From assembly GCA_013265495.1 (NCBI GenBank), contig MU058714.1, forward strand, positions 744,001 to 808,000: a stretch of 64,000 nt of DNA. The letters run 5' to 3'. This stretch comes from Vicugna vicugna (lineage: Eukaryota). This document shows, in pieces, positions 33,701 to 46,556 of the stretch. The stretch's first letter is position 1. Every line of letters begins with the position of its first letter. A program made the position numbers and the translations under genes. The notes below the pieces were generated by a model. It saw only the letters and a program-made list of their open reading frames with translations. It was not told the origin of the DNA and did not search any database.

Positions 33701-36700
33701 AGTGAGCAGGGCCCATCTTTACGCCCGGCATTGACCTGACTACCTCAAGTGCAGTTTGGCCATTGGTGGGGGGAGCTGACTCGCAGATCATTTCTCTAAG
33801 TGCAGTTCGGGACCAGGGCGCCACGTGGACGTTGGCTTAGGGTGGAACGTGCGGATCTTCACGGATTGCTGAGCACCCAGGTTGTGCCCACCTGCTCACT
33901 GCACAGTTGACTTCTCCTCCTCCCAGGTTTCTGACTTGAGAATGTGCACTCTTACTAAAAAGCTGAAAGACTAATTCGTTGAACACTCAAATACCCGCTG
34001 CTTAAGTGTCAGCTTTTTCTGGTTTTGCCGTCTCCCCTGTGTGTGCGTACTGAGGTTGGAGGGTGCCTCCCAGAGCTTGTGGCGGCTCCCCAGGCCTGTG
34101 CTGAGAATGACATTTTTCTGCAAAAGGGCAGTGTCATTATCACATCTGAGGATATTCACCTAATTCCATAACTACCTGAACTCCATTCTTTATCCCATTT
34201 CCCCGGTTGCCGCCATCTGTTTCTTAAAGCTGCTTTTGTGTTGTTCTCTGGTCTCTCAAACTTGTGACGTAGTTTATGTTGCAGTCACTGCTGCCAGTAG
34301 GTCCCGTTTGCTGTGGGGAGTTTTGTTTTGCTTTGTTTGTTTGCTGAGACGTCCTGCGCTGAACGTTCCGTGTTAGCTTCCCCAGGTTCCCCGTTGGCTC
34401 TCCATATGGAGGGTCAAATCGCCTGGTATTTTTGGAAAGTTTCTTGGATGGTGGTTTTAAGTATTGGTTTCCCTCCATAGTTTTGTTTCTTGTCTTCAGT
34501 CGTACGTATGCTGGGTTTTCCTCCTTGCCGGTGTTTTGGTCCGTTGCTGATCTGCGTTTTTATTTCTGCCGTGTGGGGTTCTCTGTCCGCCGTTCGGTTG
34601 GTTTTCCTGCTGCCTGACTGGGGCAGCACTTCGTCAGCTCACCAGGTTTGATTATCGCCTTCTGAGTCCTCGTACCTCTGTACAGCCTTTTACTGTTCAC
34701 TTTAAATGCTGCTTAAACAGGAAACTCAAGGGCTGGGGGTTCGGGTGGCCCACTGGGTTTCTTAAGTCACAAGGGACAGTGAAGTGTAGTCTCACCAGTA
34801 AATAGTGTCCTCTTCTGAAGCAAAGTGGCCGGCGTGTCTTCCAGTTCTGTGATCCTCTCGTTTCTGAGGAACGTTACACTTCTAGCCTCGCCTGCTTCTC
34901 CACGAGCCCCCAGGGCTCACCTGCTTCTCCCCAGAGGAACATCTTCCTGATAAAGCTGTGATGGCCCCGTGGACTTCCAAGCCCCTTCTCTCCAGTCCCT
35001 GCTGGCTGGGGCTGCCCACGAGCTCTCATGCCATCAGGCTCCCTGCCACACGCCCTACCCTTGGCCGTCCCCACCTGCCTGTCCAGCCCGGGGCCTGGAG
35101 CCGGCTCTGCAAGTCTGGGCTGCTTATTTGCACACGTAGGCACACACTGACGCTTGTAATCGGCTTGTGCCCCAGTTGTGGGTACCCCGTAGGCGCTGGG
35201 TAGAGGGGATTTGTCTCCCCTTTTGTGTGTCTCTGGTTTCTGGAGTTTCTGGGGAGAGATTCAGACGTAGCAGCCACCATCGTCCTGTGGGAACTCGGGC
35301 CACAGCTGGCGTTCATGTGTGTCCCTGTGAGGACGCATTCTGCTGTATGGGGTTCAGCACTCCAGCCTGCGGGGTTCGCTGTGGATCGAATTCTCTGGTC
35401 TGTCATCGAGTTAGACACTGCCCGCTTTGGGTCGTTGGCAGTTTGGTACGTTTCCTGTGAGTCAGTGATGAAAGTGTTGGAAAGACAAGCCCCTCCTCTG
35501 TGCCGTTACTGCAGTCCCTTCACGTGGGGACGTGTGGTTATGACCCAGCTTTGAGGGAGGGGTGCGAGTATGATTTTGAAAGCTGTCACCAAGAGACTGG
35601 GGTCAGGAGGGTGGTCAGTCACAATTGGGGATGTCTGAGGGTTCTGGAGGATGTGTGCTGAGTGGGAAGCGTTCTCCATCTCAGGCCGGTCTGGCTCTAA
35701 TGACATGTCAAGGTTAAGGGGCCTTCGGGCTGGCGTTCTGTGGTCTGAGCTGGCCCCTGTTCCAGTACTGACAGGGCCTCCTCTTCCATGTGTGTTAGGA
35801 CTTCTCAGTTGGAAGGACAGTCTACCAGAGCGTGTGACAGCTGTCTGGATGGTCCCCAGCAGATCCACCAGCCCCTGACCCTTGGCCCTGCCCCAGACCC
35901 ACGGCCCCGCTCCTCCCAGTGTGCGCAAGGCCTTTTAGCGCACCATCCCTGGGGCGTCCCCCCTCCCTCTCTGGGGTTATTTGCAGTCACGGCCTCAGAG
36001 TTTTCCTTTTTGGACCCTGCCATCCCCGGGAACCCGGTTCTCTTCCAGACTGCCTCACTGAGGTGGCGCCTGTCCTTTCTCTAAAACACTCGCAGTCTCT
36101 TGTGAGGCTGGACTTGCCCTTCTGGCTGTTGTAGCCGCCGTGAAGACCTGGCCTTTTCTTCCCTGAAGCCCCTTCTAATGTACCTTCTAACGCTGAGATG
36201 TCCTTATCCACAGGCGCTTCTTGTGCTTTGTCTTCTGTGAGCCCCCAGACAGCCTGGCAGAAGAGGGGAGGGCAGAGGTGGGTGGTGGGGGACAGCTCTG
36301 ATTTACAAAGGAGGCAGCCTCAGGAGGGGCTGGTCCACACCAGGTGTGGCCAGGACTTGGAAACGGCAGCATTTGACACCCGCTGGTCATCTGCAGGGTG
36401 GATCACCCATCCCCAGTTAGTGAGGCAGGGAAGGGGGCCTTGGGGGTGGGCCTGGGAGACGGGGAGGGAGCTGGCAATGGAAAGGATTGATGGACGAGGG
36501 CTGAGGGCGTGCGGGGAGACAGGTGGCCAGGACCACAGGGCGTGCGGTGACCTGGGTGCCTGGTGGTAGGTGGTGTATGAGGACTGCCGAATGGTTAGCC
36601 TGACGGCCCCCTACGTGTCGGGCTTCCTGGCCTTCCGAGAAGTGTTCTTCATGGTGGACGCGGTGCGGCGGCTGCGGGAGAAGGAGCCCCACCTTGTGCC

Positions 36701-39700
36701 CCAGGCAGGTACCTCGGCTGGGCAGGAGGGGAGGGCCTCCCGCAAGGCACTGCCTAGGGAGACCCTGTGAGCTTCCAGGAGAAACGCTTTTGCCCAGAGC
36801 AGAGGGACACGGCCTAGAAAGCTGGGCCCCTCCTGCTGCTCCGGGTCGCCCCCGCCTGAGGGGCAAGGACGTCCCGCCTGACTGGGACGTTCCCGTGGCT
36901 TTTCCAGGTCCTGTTCGTGGACGGAAATGGGGTGCTCCACCACCGAGGTAATTCTCCCGAGAGGGACCCGGAGGGGGCCTGGCACTGGCGCTCCTGCTGG
37001 CCTTGCTTTCCTGTCAAGACCCCTGGCAGAGAATCCCTCCTCCTCTTCACTCCGCCTCTTTCCTGCCCACCCCTGTGACTTCCCTGACCACCCCCCCACC
37101 AGCCTGCACTGGCCCAGCTCAGGGACCACCGTCCGGTTGGGACCTGATGCTACCAGAAGTCATCCCTGAGCTGAGCCAGCCTGTCCTGCTGGCAGCCCAC
37201 CCTGCGTCCTGACAGGCCCTTGCCTGAAACCAGGCAGGAGCAGAAAGGTGTGCCCGTCCCCCACGGACGTGGGGAAACCGGCCCAGGGCAGGACGGCTGA
37301 GGGGGAGGGGCAAAGCTGGGGGGTGGGCAGCAGAGGGGGCGGGAAGGGGTGGCATGGGCTTTCCAGCTCCTGCCCTGGAAGCCTGTGGGCCCAGAGCAAC
37401 CCTGGATGCTAGCACAGGGCCAGCAGGCCAGCCCTGGGCCTGGACCCCAGGCGCTGCAATCCTGGCCTCCTGGCAGGGGCCCCGTGGCCCTGGGAGAGTT
37501 GGGGGGCAGAAACGCAGAGGTCTGATGGTGGCCACAAAGGAGAGGGGGAGGAGGGAAGGTGCCAGAAAGTGAAAGGAGAAGCAGGTGAAGTGAGTGAGCA
37601 CGCTAATTGGGCTCCTAATCTTGGGGGGGTGGAGGGGGTGTCCTGTGCCCAGCCCACCACCCAGAAAGCCGGGTGGGGCTCAGAGGCCTGCTCCCCGGCC
37701 CTCGCCCCATAGGCCTCTGTTCACGTGGAGGAGCTTGGCGAGGCCATGGTGTGGCCCCAGTCCCTGCATCTCTAGACTGCTGGGCTGACATCCCACCACC
37801 CCAGCCTCACCTTCCTCTGCCCCCACAGGCTTTGGGGTGGCCTGCCACCTCGGCGTCCTCACAGACCTGCCCTGTGTCGGGGTGGCCAAGAAACTGCTGC
37901 AGGTTGACGGGCTGGAGAACAGCGCTCTGCACAAGGAGAAGGTGAGGGGCCTGTGAGAGCATCGCACAAAGGCCACACGCTGCAGGCCAACCCTGCCCAG
38001 GGCGCCCTTCCCCGCCTGTCCTGGATTGCGGGCCCGAGTGAGGAAGACCCGCTTTCTCTGCACACCCTGGGTGCCCCGTGGGTGGTGGGCCATCGCGGGA
38101 GACTCGAGCTCCTCTCCCAGCATCCTGGCTGCGAGCTTGCCTCTGCCGTGGCGCTCCACGTGGCATCTGGGGCCTGTGCGGGGCTGAGTACTTCTCCACA
38201 CGCCACCCACCTTGGGGTGTCTCCCTCTGGGCCCACTTCAGAGGGAGCTAGTGACGCGTGTGGCTCTCCTGCCCAGACAGCCGGCTGAGAACAGGGCTCA
38301 GCTGTGTCCCCTCATCCTCCTGGTCCCCGTGCCCGCTTTGCTTGTTGAGCTGGCAGGGCCTCTGGGCCGCTCAGGGGGCCAGCACCCACGCCCAGCCCCA
38401 GCCCCAGCCCCAGCCCCAGAAGTTTGTTGGGTTGAATCAAGTGCTCGCGTCTCTAGCAGGAGAGAAAGCGGCGGGAAGTAAGTGGCTTCAGGCGGGTGTG
38501 GCCCTGTGTGTGCGCCAGCCGGCTGCCTCCACCCCCGACTCGGGGGCCTGGGCGGGCTGCTGCCCCTTCTCCGCTGTGGGATGAGGAGGGAGCACCTCGT
38601 CAGGCTGGGCAGCGCCCTGGACGCACGGTCCACTCACAGATGGGTCCTTCCATCTCTGGCCTGCCTCAGCCCGTCACCAAGAAACGTGTTTCCCCAAGTC
38701 TTCTCTCTGTTCTCCAGATACGACTCCTGAGGGCTGGAGGAGACTCGTTCCCACTGATGGGAGGCTCCGGGACCGTCCTGGGCATGGTGAGTGGCCAGGG
38801 ACCTGTGCCCCACCAAGGCAGACCTGTCATCCGAGCGCCAGTACCTGTGTACGCATGAGCACCAGAACCCGTCCGCCTCTCCGTCTTCCCACCGCTCGGG
38901 CTGACCTGGGCTGTGCCTGCATCTCTTTCCTCCCCTCCCTCACTGTACTGAGGGGACCTCCAAGCCCTCGCTCACCCCTCCCCATCCCCAAGACAAGCAG
39001 CAGGAAGGTGCCCGAGGGTGCTGGCGGCGCCCCAAGCTCCCTCCTGCCACCCAGGACGAGTTGTCCATTCTCCAGCCCACAGAGCTTGCCCCAGCGCCTT
39101 GACCCTGCTCTCCTGTCCCAGGCCCTGAGGAGCCATGACCACAGCACCAAACCCCTCTACGTCTCTGTGGGCCACAAGATGAGCCTGGAGGCAGCCGTGC
39201 GCCTGACCCATGGCTGCTGCAGGTTTCGGATCCCGGAGCCCGTGCGCCAGGTGGGTGGGCTGACTCACAGCGCCTGCCCTTGCCGTGCCCCCGGGCAAGG
39301 AGAGGCCTATAAGCACCTGTGGAAGAGTCTGGGCCACGCCGGGCGTGCTGGGCGGAACAGGGCCTGGAGGGTGCAGAGCTCCCTGGGGCTCATCCTGCAG
39401 CCCTGCCCTGCCCAGGCCCTGTGGCCCGCTGGGCCCCTGCACTCAGCCTCTCAGCCTCCTGCACCCTGGGTCCTCAGGAGGATCAGCTGACATCAGCTCA
39501 AGCGGCAGAGCGGCCTGCCAGCCCCTGAGGGCCAAACTGCCTAGCTGGCAGGGAGGGAGTGGCCGTCCTCAGCTAGGGAGGCCCCTGTGAGGCTGCTGGG
39601 CAAGGCTAGGGAAGACCTGTGCCAAGGGTGCCAGTCAGGAGACTCCAAGGTGTGGCCATGCCAGGCACCCAGCGCCTAGCTTGGGACCCGGAGATCAGAA

Positions 39701-42700
39701 CTCTAGTGAATGAGTCGGCCCAGCTGAGAAAAAGCTGTCTGCAGGCACGGGAGACAGAACCGCGTGCACGGTGCCCTTGGGCTCGCCTCAGTGGCAAGGA
39801 GGCAACAGTCACAGCGGGTGCACGGCAGGAAGCCCGTGGGGTGAGCATCCGTGAGGAGCCGTCCTCAGGAAGAGACCTGCTGGAAGAGTAGGGGGAAGGC
39901 CGGAGGACTGGCATTTGCAAAGGCCCTGGGGCCAGAAAGAGCCTGCTGCCCAGAAACCTGAAGAAAGATGTGGCTGGAGCCTGGGCAGGGATGGGCGGGT
40001 GGAAGCCTGTGAGTGTCACGGCTGTGACAGAACCTCAGGTGCACCACTGGGCTCTGGATGTGAGTCCAGAGGGGACACTCGGATTTGCCATCACAGCCGT
40101 GGCTCTGTGCGCGGCCTGCTGCTCCCCATCTGCCTGAGGCCTGTGCTGCTTCAGCACGAGGCAGCCTGCCAGAGAGGCCACGGGCCTGCCCCGTCCTCTC
40201 AGCTCAGCACCAGCTGGTGACGCTGGAAGCTTGAGGGCCCTGGCTCTGCCTCCCCCAGCACCTGCTGCCCACCTCTGGGCCTGGGGCCTCCCAGCTGCTG
40301 GTGTGCAGGCTGGCCTCCAGGTGGCAGTAGCAGTCCGCACAAGGCTGCGGTTCTCAGCCCCTGCTGCCAGCCCCTCTCAGGGCGGTGCAGAGACGAGGCC
40401 TCTGGGGTGGCATTTAGAGTGGACTGGCTGAGTGTCCACCGACCCATGTACAGGGTTCGTAGGTGTGAGGGTTCTCAAGCCTTGGGTGTGAATCCTGGCC
40501 CCAGGAGGCCTTCCCTCCCCCATTCCCACCCACCTGTGCAACCTCACACAGGTTGGGCTGGGAGACCCAAAAACTCTCCCCAGGTCTTCAGAGCCAGGGA
40601 CTCTGCTGAGCTGGAACAGTGGGCAGGGCTCTGTCCCCTCTGTGCCTCGCTTTGCCCCAGAGTGTGTGGTGGTCGTGTCCTTGCAGGTAGAGGTTGCCCT
40701 CTAAAGTCCCATGAGCCCCTTATGTGGGCAAGGACCATGTGTCTGCCCTAGTAAAGAGCCAGCTGTCTGCGCCCAGGAGCCCACCGGCCCTGGCACTTCT
40801 GAGGATTGGGGTGGGGGAGAAGCCTTGTCCAGCAGCACTGGCGGTCTCTTTGTCCGTCTTCTTGCTCGGCCTGCTTGCCTGTTTACAATTCTTCCTCCTG
40901 ACCACTTCTGGAAGCTCTGAGGAGAGGGTAAGAGAGGGCTCAGTGCCTGCTCCCTTGGCCCCAGGTCTGTTGTCTGTGTGTCAGGCTGGGCCGGGCTGCT
41001 GCTTCGGAGGGCGGGAGGTACGCCTCGCCTCTGTGGGGCCTTTCCCCTGGGCACCCTGCTGCCCACCCTGCCCGCGTGCCCCTTCACTCTGAAGCAGAAG
41101 CAGTTGGGGGATTAGCTGCCGTGTCTTGTCATGCGGGGCGAAGCAGGGCTAAGCCCATCTGAGCTGGGATCAGGGGCTTCCTGAGGACAGACCCCCCCCC
41201 CGGTGGGGGTCAGCCTGTGGGAGTGTCCAGGCAGCAAGGTCCTGGAGGGTCCCACTCAGGCCTGATCCCCTCTGCCCAGGGTCTCCCCTGATCCCAGTCT
41301 GTGGCTTGCAAGCCCCCTTTCGTTCTGGAGACTCCGCAGAACTTTCTAGACACTTCCCCAGGGACAGGGGTCACAGCTGACTCCAGCCAGGAGACAGATG
41401 AGCCAAAAGTGAGGACAGACAAGCTGGGCTGAGGGCAGTGTGCAGAAAAAAGGGTTTTAGCAGAGAAACCTTGGGCTCAGACAAAACCTACAGGGAAGCA
41501 CAAACTGTGAGCCCAGTGGAAGCCGGCAGAAACAGGGGGGGCACCCAGTACGTTCCCTCAGGCCCTTTGGGGACATGCCATGGAGCATCTTGACGAGAGG
41601 GCCTGGCACTGTGTCACCCACACACCACGGGGCTGCTGCGCCTGGTCCCGAAGGCAGGGCTTCCATGGGGGGTCCAGGCTGCCGGGCTGGGGCTCATCCA
41701 GAGGCCAGCTCGGGACCCCAGCTGCCACCTCTCACTCGAGCCATCCCCCTCCCCAGGCTGACATCCGCTCCCGAGGCTACATCCGCAGGACCCTGGGCAT
41801 CGGTGGCGCCCCTGCCCCAGGGCGGGAGAGGTGAGTGCCGAGGTGTCCGGGTCATGTCCACAGGGGGCTGTTTCCGGTGGCTGAGCCTCTCCCTGCTGTG
41901 CGCTGAGGCTCAGGCCAGATGTGTAGGGCCAGGCAGGGAGGCAGAGTTCCTGAAGGGACAGAAGAGGAGCCAGCAGAACATGAGGGGCTGGTGTGACTCC
42001 ATGTTCAGTGGGAACTCTCCAGAAACCCCCAAAGCCCACCTGTCTTGATCCATTTATCCGTGAGGCACTGGGGTGTGGGCTCTCACACAGGGCAAGCAAG
42101 TCGGGTGGGCCTGGCTAGGCACCACCAGCTCTCTGAGCCTGTTTCCTCAGCTGTGTGGCTGCACAGTGTCTCATCCTGCCATGTTGTGTAGTGACAGCCA
42201 GAGGTGGCTGGTTACCCCATCCTGACAGCACTTACTGGAGGCAGGCACTGAGGTCACTTTGCAGACGAGGACGCTGAGGCAGCTGGGGTGTCCTCTCCCA
42301 CCAGGAGTCGTTGCAAGCACGGTGTTTCCTTTATGCTCCCTTCCCCTTCAAGCTGTGCTGTCCTGGGCCCAGCTGAGCTGCTTTGAGAACTTGGGGAAGT
42401 TGTAGCTGGGAACCCCAAGCTCTCCAGGGGTTGGGGGCTGGCTGTTGGGATCCACCTCGTCCTCTGGCCTGGGCCCACAGGGCCCCAAGCATCCAGGTGG
42501 CACGGTCTCCAGGGCCTAACTGGGGAGCGAGGGGGCTCTGGCATTTGATGCTGCCCTTTCTCAATGTTATTACCAGGAGCAGGAAGGCACCAAGGCCAAG
42601 GGCATGCCCCGAGGGAGTCTCAGAAGAGCTGGCAGGTAAGGACAGGCCCCCTGAAGCCCGCAGCCAAGGCCCCAGGACACACCAGAGAGCCCCAGGCCCA

Positions 42701-42721
42701 GACGCCCAGGGCCAGGGCTGA
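30676..42721 (+). CDS. ENDOV: Endonuclease V (inosine-specific ribonuclease), 9 exons, 310 aa with exon-9 read-through
   Basis: Exons join to 933 nt. Motifs GGVDVSF, PYVSGFLAFRE, VDGNGVLHHRGFGVACHLG, GVAKK, YVSVGH and RIPEPVRQAD are typical of the EndoV family. Confidence 0.96.
31035..31206 (+). CDS. ENDOV: ENDOV exon 2 (EQARLK...YPELE)
   Basis: ctcag|G ... GAG|gtaacc; 172 nt. Confidence 0.95.
33045..33300 (+). mobile_element. Old LINE-1 (L1MB/MC-type) 3' end
   Basis: AGGCAAATCC..GACAGAAAGTAGATT..GTTGCCAAGGGCTGGGGAG..GAAAATGTTCTAAAATT..TATCTCAATAAAG plus A tail. Confidence 0.7.
36570..36704 (+). CDS. ENDOV: ENDOV exon 3 (VVYEDC...LVPQ), GC donor
   Basis: ggtag|GTG ... CAG|gcaggt; 135 nt, phase 0 required by exon 4. 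Confidence 0.9.
36908..36947 (+). CDS. ENDOV: ENDOV exon 4 (VLFVDGNGVLHHR)
   Basis: tccag|GTC ... G|gtaatt; 40 nt. Confidence 0.94.
37829..37941 (+). CDS. ENDOV: ENDOV exon 5 (FGVACHLG...HKEK)
   Basis: cacag|GC ... AAG|gtgagg; 113 nt. Confidence 0.95.
38718..38786 (+). CDS. ENDOV: ENDOV exon 6 (IRLLRAGG...VLGM)
   Basis: tccag|ATA ... ATG|gtgagt; 69 nt. Confidence 0.94.
39122..39250 (+). CDS. ENDOV: ENDOV exon 7 (ALRSHDH...EPVRQ)
   Basis: cccag|GCC ... CAG|gtgggt; 129 nt. Confidence 0.95.
41757..41830 (+). CDS. ENDOV: ENDOV exon 8 (ADIRSRGY...PGRE)
   Basis: cccag|GCT ... AG|gtgagt; 74 nt. Confidence 0.9.
42577..42721 (+). CDS. ENDOV: ENDOV exon 9, with read-through to stop (SRKAPRPRACPEG...AQGQG*)
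   Basis: accag|G; internal donor G|gtaagg after 42635; in-frame TGA at 42719-42721. Confidence 0.75.
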
Positions 42722-45249
42722 GGGTGGCCCACGCTGGTCGCCTGGAAGACTCTCGGGCTGCCCACGGCACTGCTCCAGTTCATCTGTAGGGACTCGGGGA
42801 GCGGCCCTCCAGAAGCGGGCAGCCCGGCCCCAGGACATGGGGACACAGCAGGCACCGCCCTGCTCAGATGGGCCAGGGGGCTGCCTCCTCATTCCGCGGT
42901 CATGAGGCCTGAGGGCCTGGAGCAAGCTCAGCAGAGGATGGAGCTCACGCAGCAGAGCGCCAGACCCAGAAAAAGCACCTGAGATTAGTTTCCCAGGAGC
43001 GCGGGAAGGGGCTCGGGGTTCACGGCGATTTTTCTGGTGTTTTCTTTGGTTTCATTCTAAAAGCGCCCAGGTGAGCTTACAGCTGCCAGACTGTATGCAC
43101 GGCCAGGGCTTCTGGCCCATCTGCTCCTCCGAGTACTCATGCCACTTGCTTTGTGTTCATTTATAACCCAGCCCTCCTCTCCCCGCCGGCCAGCCACATT
43201 GAGCCACTTCCACCCCGGCCAGGGAGGGTGCAGGCTGGGGTGGCTGCTGGCACCCATGGGTCCTGGATGAGGGGGAGAAGAGCCTGGAAAGGGCCCGAGG
43301 GTGGGGGGACGCGCAGGCAGTCTGGGCTGCAGGGATGGGGTGCCAGACAGAATGCCAGCGCCAGTACCTGAGGGGATGGGTGTCGGGCTGTGCTGCCCTG
43401 GCCTGAGGCTATGAGGACGGGACGCCCACTGAGGCCCCAGCCCCACTGCGTGCAGGTGTTGAGAGCTCTCCCCTGTTCCTGCCAACCCGGCTCGCTATAC
43501 CTGCCAGCCTCTTCACCCAGCCTCCAAGTTCATCTCGACTTGGGAAAGCAGCTCTGCCCTGTCCCTGACTTGGCCCCCCGCCTGGCCACTCCTCTCAGTG
43601 TGAGCTGAAGTCCAATTGGAGGTCCCTGTGCGCCTCCCAAGCAGCCCCCGGTCCTCCACCTGCCAGCTCGCCCCCCAGGCCCCCTGAGGGCCCTGGAACC
43701 TTTGCTGAGGGGATGAGGAAGCCAGCGGAGGTCTGTCTTGCCACTTACCCTGCCTGTCGGGAAGGAGCTGGTTGTCGTGGTTTGGCAGCCTGGGCCGGAA
43801 GCCCAGGGAGGCCCCGGGTCTCGGCACTCCCCCCATGGCCCTCTGGTACCTCTCCGTTCACTCACGATGAGAAGGGAGCTCTCCTGCGGGGCCTGGGCTC
43901 CTGAAAGAAGCAAAGGGGACAAGTGAGCAAGGCAGCCTGGGGTTTGGGGCCAGCAGGGTGCTGCCCGCCTTCCCCTCCTGCTTCACCTGCGCTCCTGAAG
44001 CCCTGTATCAGGCGGGGTGGGGCTCCCCACTCAGCAGCCCCTAGTCAGACACTGCAGTAGGTGGGTCAGTCCCGGTCGGGGGCGGTGAGGTCCAGAGGGC
44101 CTTTGGATGCCACCCACGTGCTTCTGGCTGCACACGATGGCCCGGCAGGTTCTCGCATATTTCACAAGTGCCTCCAAGGGGGCTCCTGTAGCTGGAAGGA
44201 CTGTCCCAGGTACTGATCTGCGGTCCTGCTCATGCTGCCTCCCCAGGTGTCCGCCCGGGCACACCTTTCTTCTCCCCTCAGCTTCCACTCTCCCAGTTCT
44301 GGGCCTGAGAAAAACAGTTGCTCATCACAGCCTGGGGTACACAGGGAGCTGCAGCTCACCCCGCCCTCCCCAGCAGGCCCTGGGCCGTCTGCCCACCCTG
44401 CCCAGGCTCCAGGGTGCTGTTCCTGTGGCTTTGGAGCCTGCACCTTGGTACCTGCAGCTTCCGGCTCACTGTGCCCACAGTGCCCCCAGCTCCCTCTCCC
44501 TCACGGTCTGTCTCCCCGCAAAGAAAGTGGCACATGGCATCTGGCACAAGGCAGCCCCAAGAGGGGCCTGTGTTCTTGCAGGGGTACAGACGCTCGGTCA
44601 GGTTGAGGACTGAGTGTGAGCATCTGCATGGCGCCCCTGCTGGCAGCGGCGCAGTCCGTTCCCAGTACATGGAACGTGGTGGGTGTCCAGCAGCAGCTGG
44701 GCTCCTCGATGAGACATTAGCAGTCAGAGGGACGGACGGCCTGGGGCTGCCTCCCTAAAATCCCTGACGGTCACTGGGCACAGGCAGGCCTGGGCGGGGC
44801 TCCTTCTGGGGGTCATCCCCACCTGAACACAGCCATGGTCCTGGGGGGTTCCCAAGAACGTGGGAAACAGTGGCACTTGGCTGTGGCCCCAGGCAGCTGC
44901 TGCTTCATTCACACCCCTGCTGAGTCCGAGGGCACTCAGCCACCCCAGATGCGCCCCATCCTGGTGCCCAGGACACTGCTCAGGTGGCTTCGGGAAGCTC
45001 ATCCCCTGCCTGGCGCTCCATCACCACTGCCCTCCTAACTCCTTGGAGCCCTCTCTCTGCCCAGAGCTCATCAGGACCAGGGGGTGGGAGGGTGTGGGTG
45101 TGCAGGATGGGAGCCAGGCAGAGCTGGCTGGGCCTGGAGGCTTTGTACCAACAGCGCTGGGGCAAAGCTGGAGCATCTGATGGGGTCACGCCGCCTTCCT
45201 CCGGGCAGCGGCAGCCCCATGCAGGGTGGCTGTGGCACAGAGCCCCTGG

Positions 45250-46522
45250 CCGCCACTAGCTGGCTTCCTGTCTCTGTGAACTTGCACATTCTGGGTCCCT
45301 CATAGGAATGGAGTCACAGCATGTGACCTTTGTGTCAGGCTTCTCTCAGCACAGCGTTTCCAGGGTTCGTCGGAACTGCTGCATGGCCAGCAGCGGGGGC
45401 TGTTACGAGCAGTGCTGCTGCGAACATCGATGCACAAGTGTTTGTGTGAACTTAGGTTTTTAGTTCTCTTAGGGGTGAAATTTCTGGGTGCCGAGGTGCC
45501 ACTGTGTTTCCGTTCTTGAGAAGTAGCTGTAGTGTTTCCCTGTTGTTCTGCACGGCACCCGTGCCTTTTTGCAGCCCCGCCACCAGCACGCAGGGCTCCC
45601 GCTTCTGCGCACCCTCTGCCTGCCACTGTCTGTCTGCTGGACGCGGGCGTGCCGGTAAGGCGGTATCCAGGTGAGCTCTTGACGTGCATTTCGCTGATGA
45701 CTGGCGATGCTGCGCGCCTCTCGTGTGCATGTGGGCTGTTTGAGTGTCTTCCTGGGAGAAACGTCCACTGAAATCCTTTGCCCTTTTAAAACCTGTTACC
45801 TGTCTTCTTGTTGTCGAGCCGTACAAATCCCTTGTGTGTCCTGGATAGCAGACCCTTTCCAGGTGTGCGATTTACAGATACGCCCTCCTGCTCTGTGTTG
45901 TCTTCATTTTATTGATGATGCCCTTTGATGAATGAAAGACTTAACATTTGATGAATCTTTTTCATTGGTTGCTTGTGCTTTTGGTGTCGTAGTGAAGAAG
46001 CCGTTGCCTAATGCAACGTCACAAAAAATGCGTTTCCTCCTTTGTTTACTTCGAAGAGTTTTGTAGCTTCAGCTCTTAACGTTTAGACCTTTGACCCATT
46101 TTGAAGTAATTTTTGTGTAAAGGTATCTGGGGTCCCTTGTAATTCTCTACGAGTTTTAGAACCGCCTTGTCCATTTCCGCCCCCAAAAAATGCATTTGGG
46201 GTTTTGACAGTGACCGCACGGACCAGTTTGGAGAGCACTGCTGTCTCAGCAGATTACCTCTTCCAGGCGCTGAGCACAGGGTGTCTCTTCACTTAGTTAC
46301 ACCTTCTTTAGTTTCTTTCGACAGTGTTTTATAATTTTCATTGTACAAGTCTTGTACTTCCTTTAGTTAAGTTTATTACTGTTTTATCCTTTTTGATGCT
46401 ATTGTAAGTGGAATTGTTTTGTTAATTTTATTTTTGGATCATTCACTGCTGTTACATAGAAATACAACTGGTTTTTGTATCATGTATCCAGCAACTTTGC
46501 TGTGCTCATTTATTAGCTCTAA

Positions 46523-46556
<34 letters not shown>

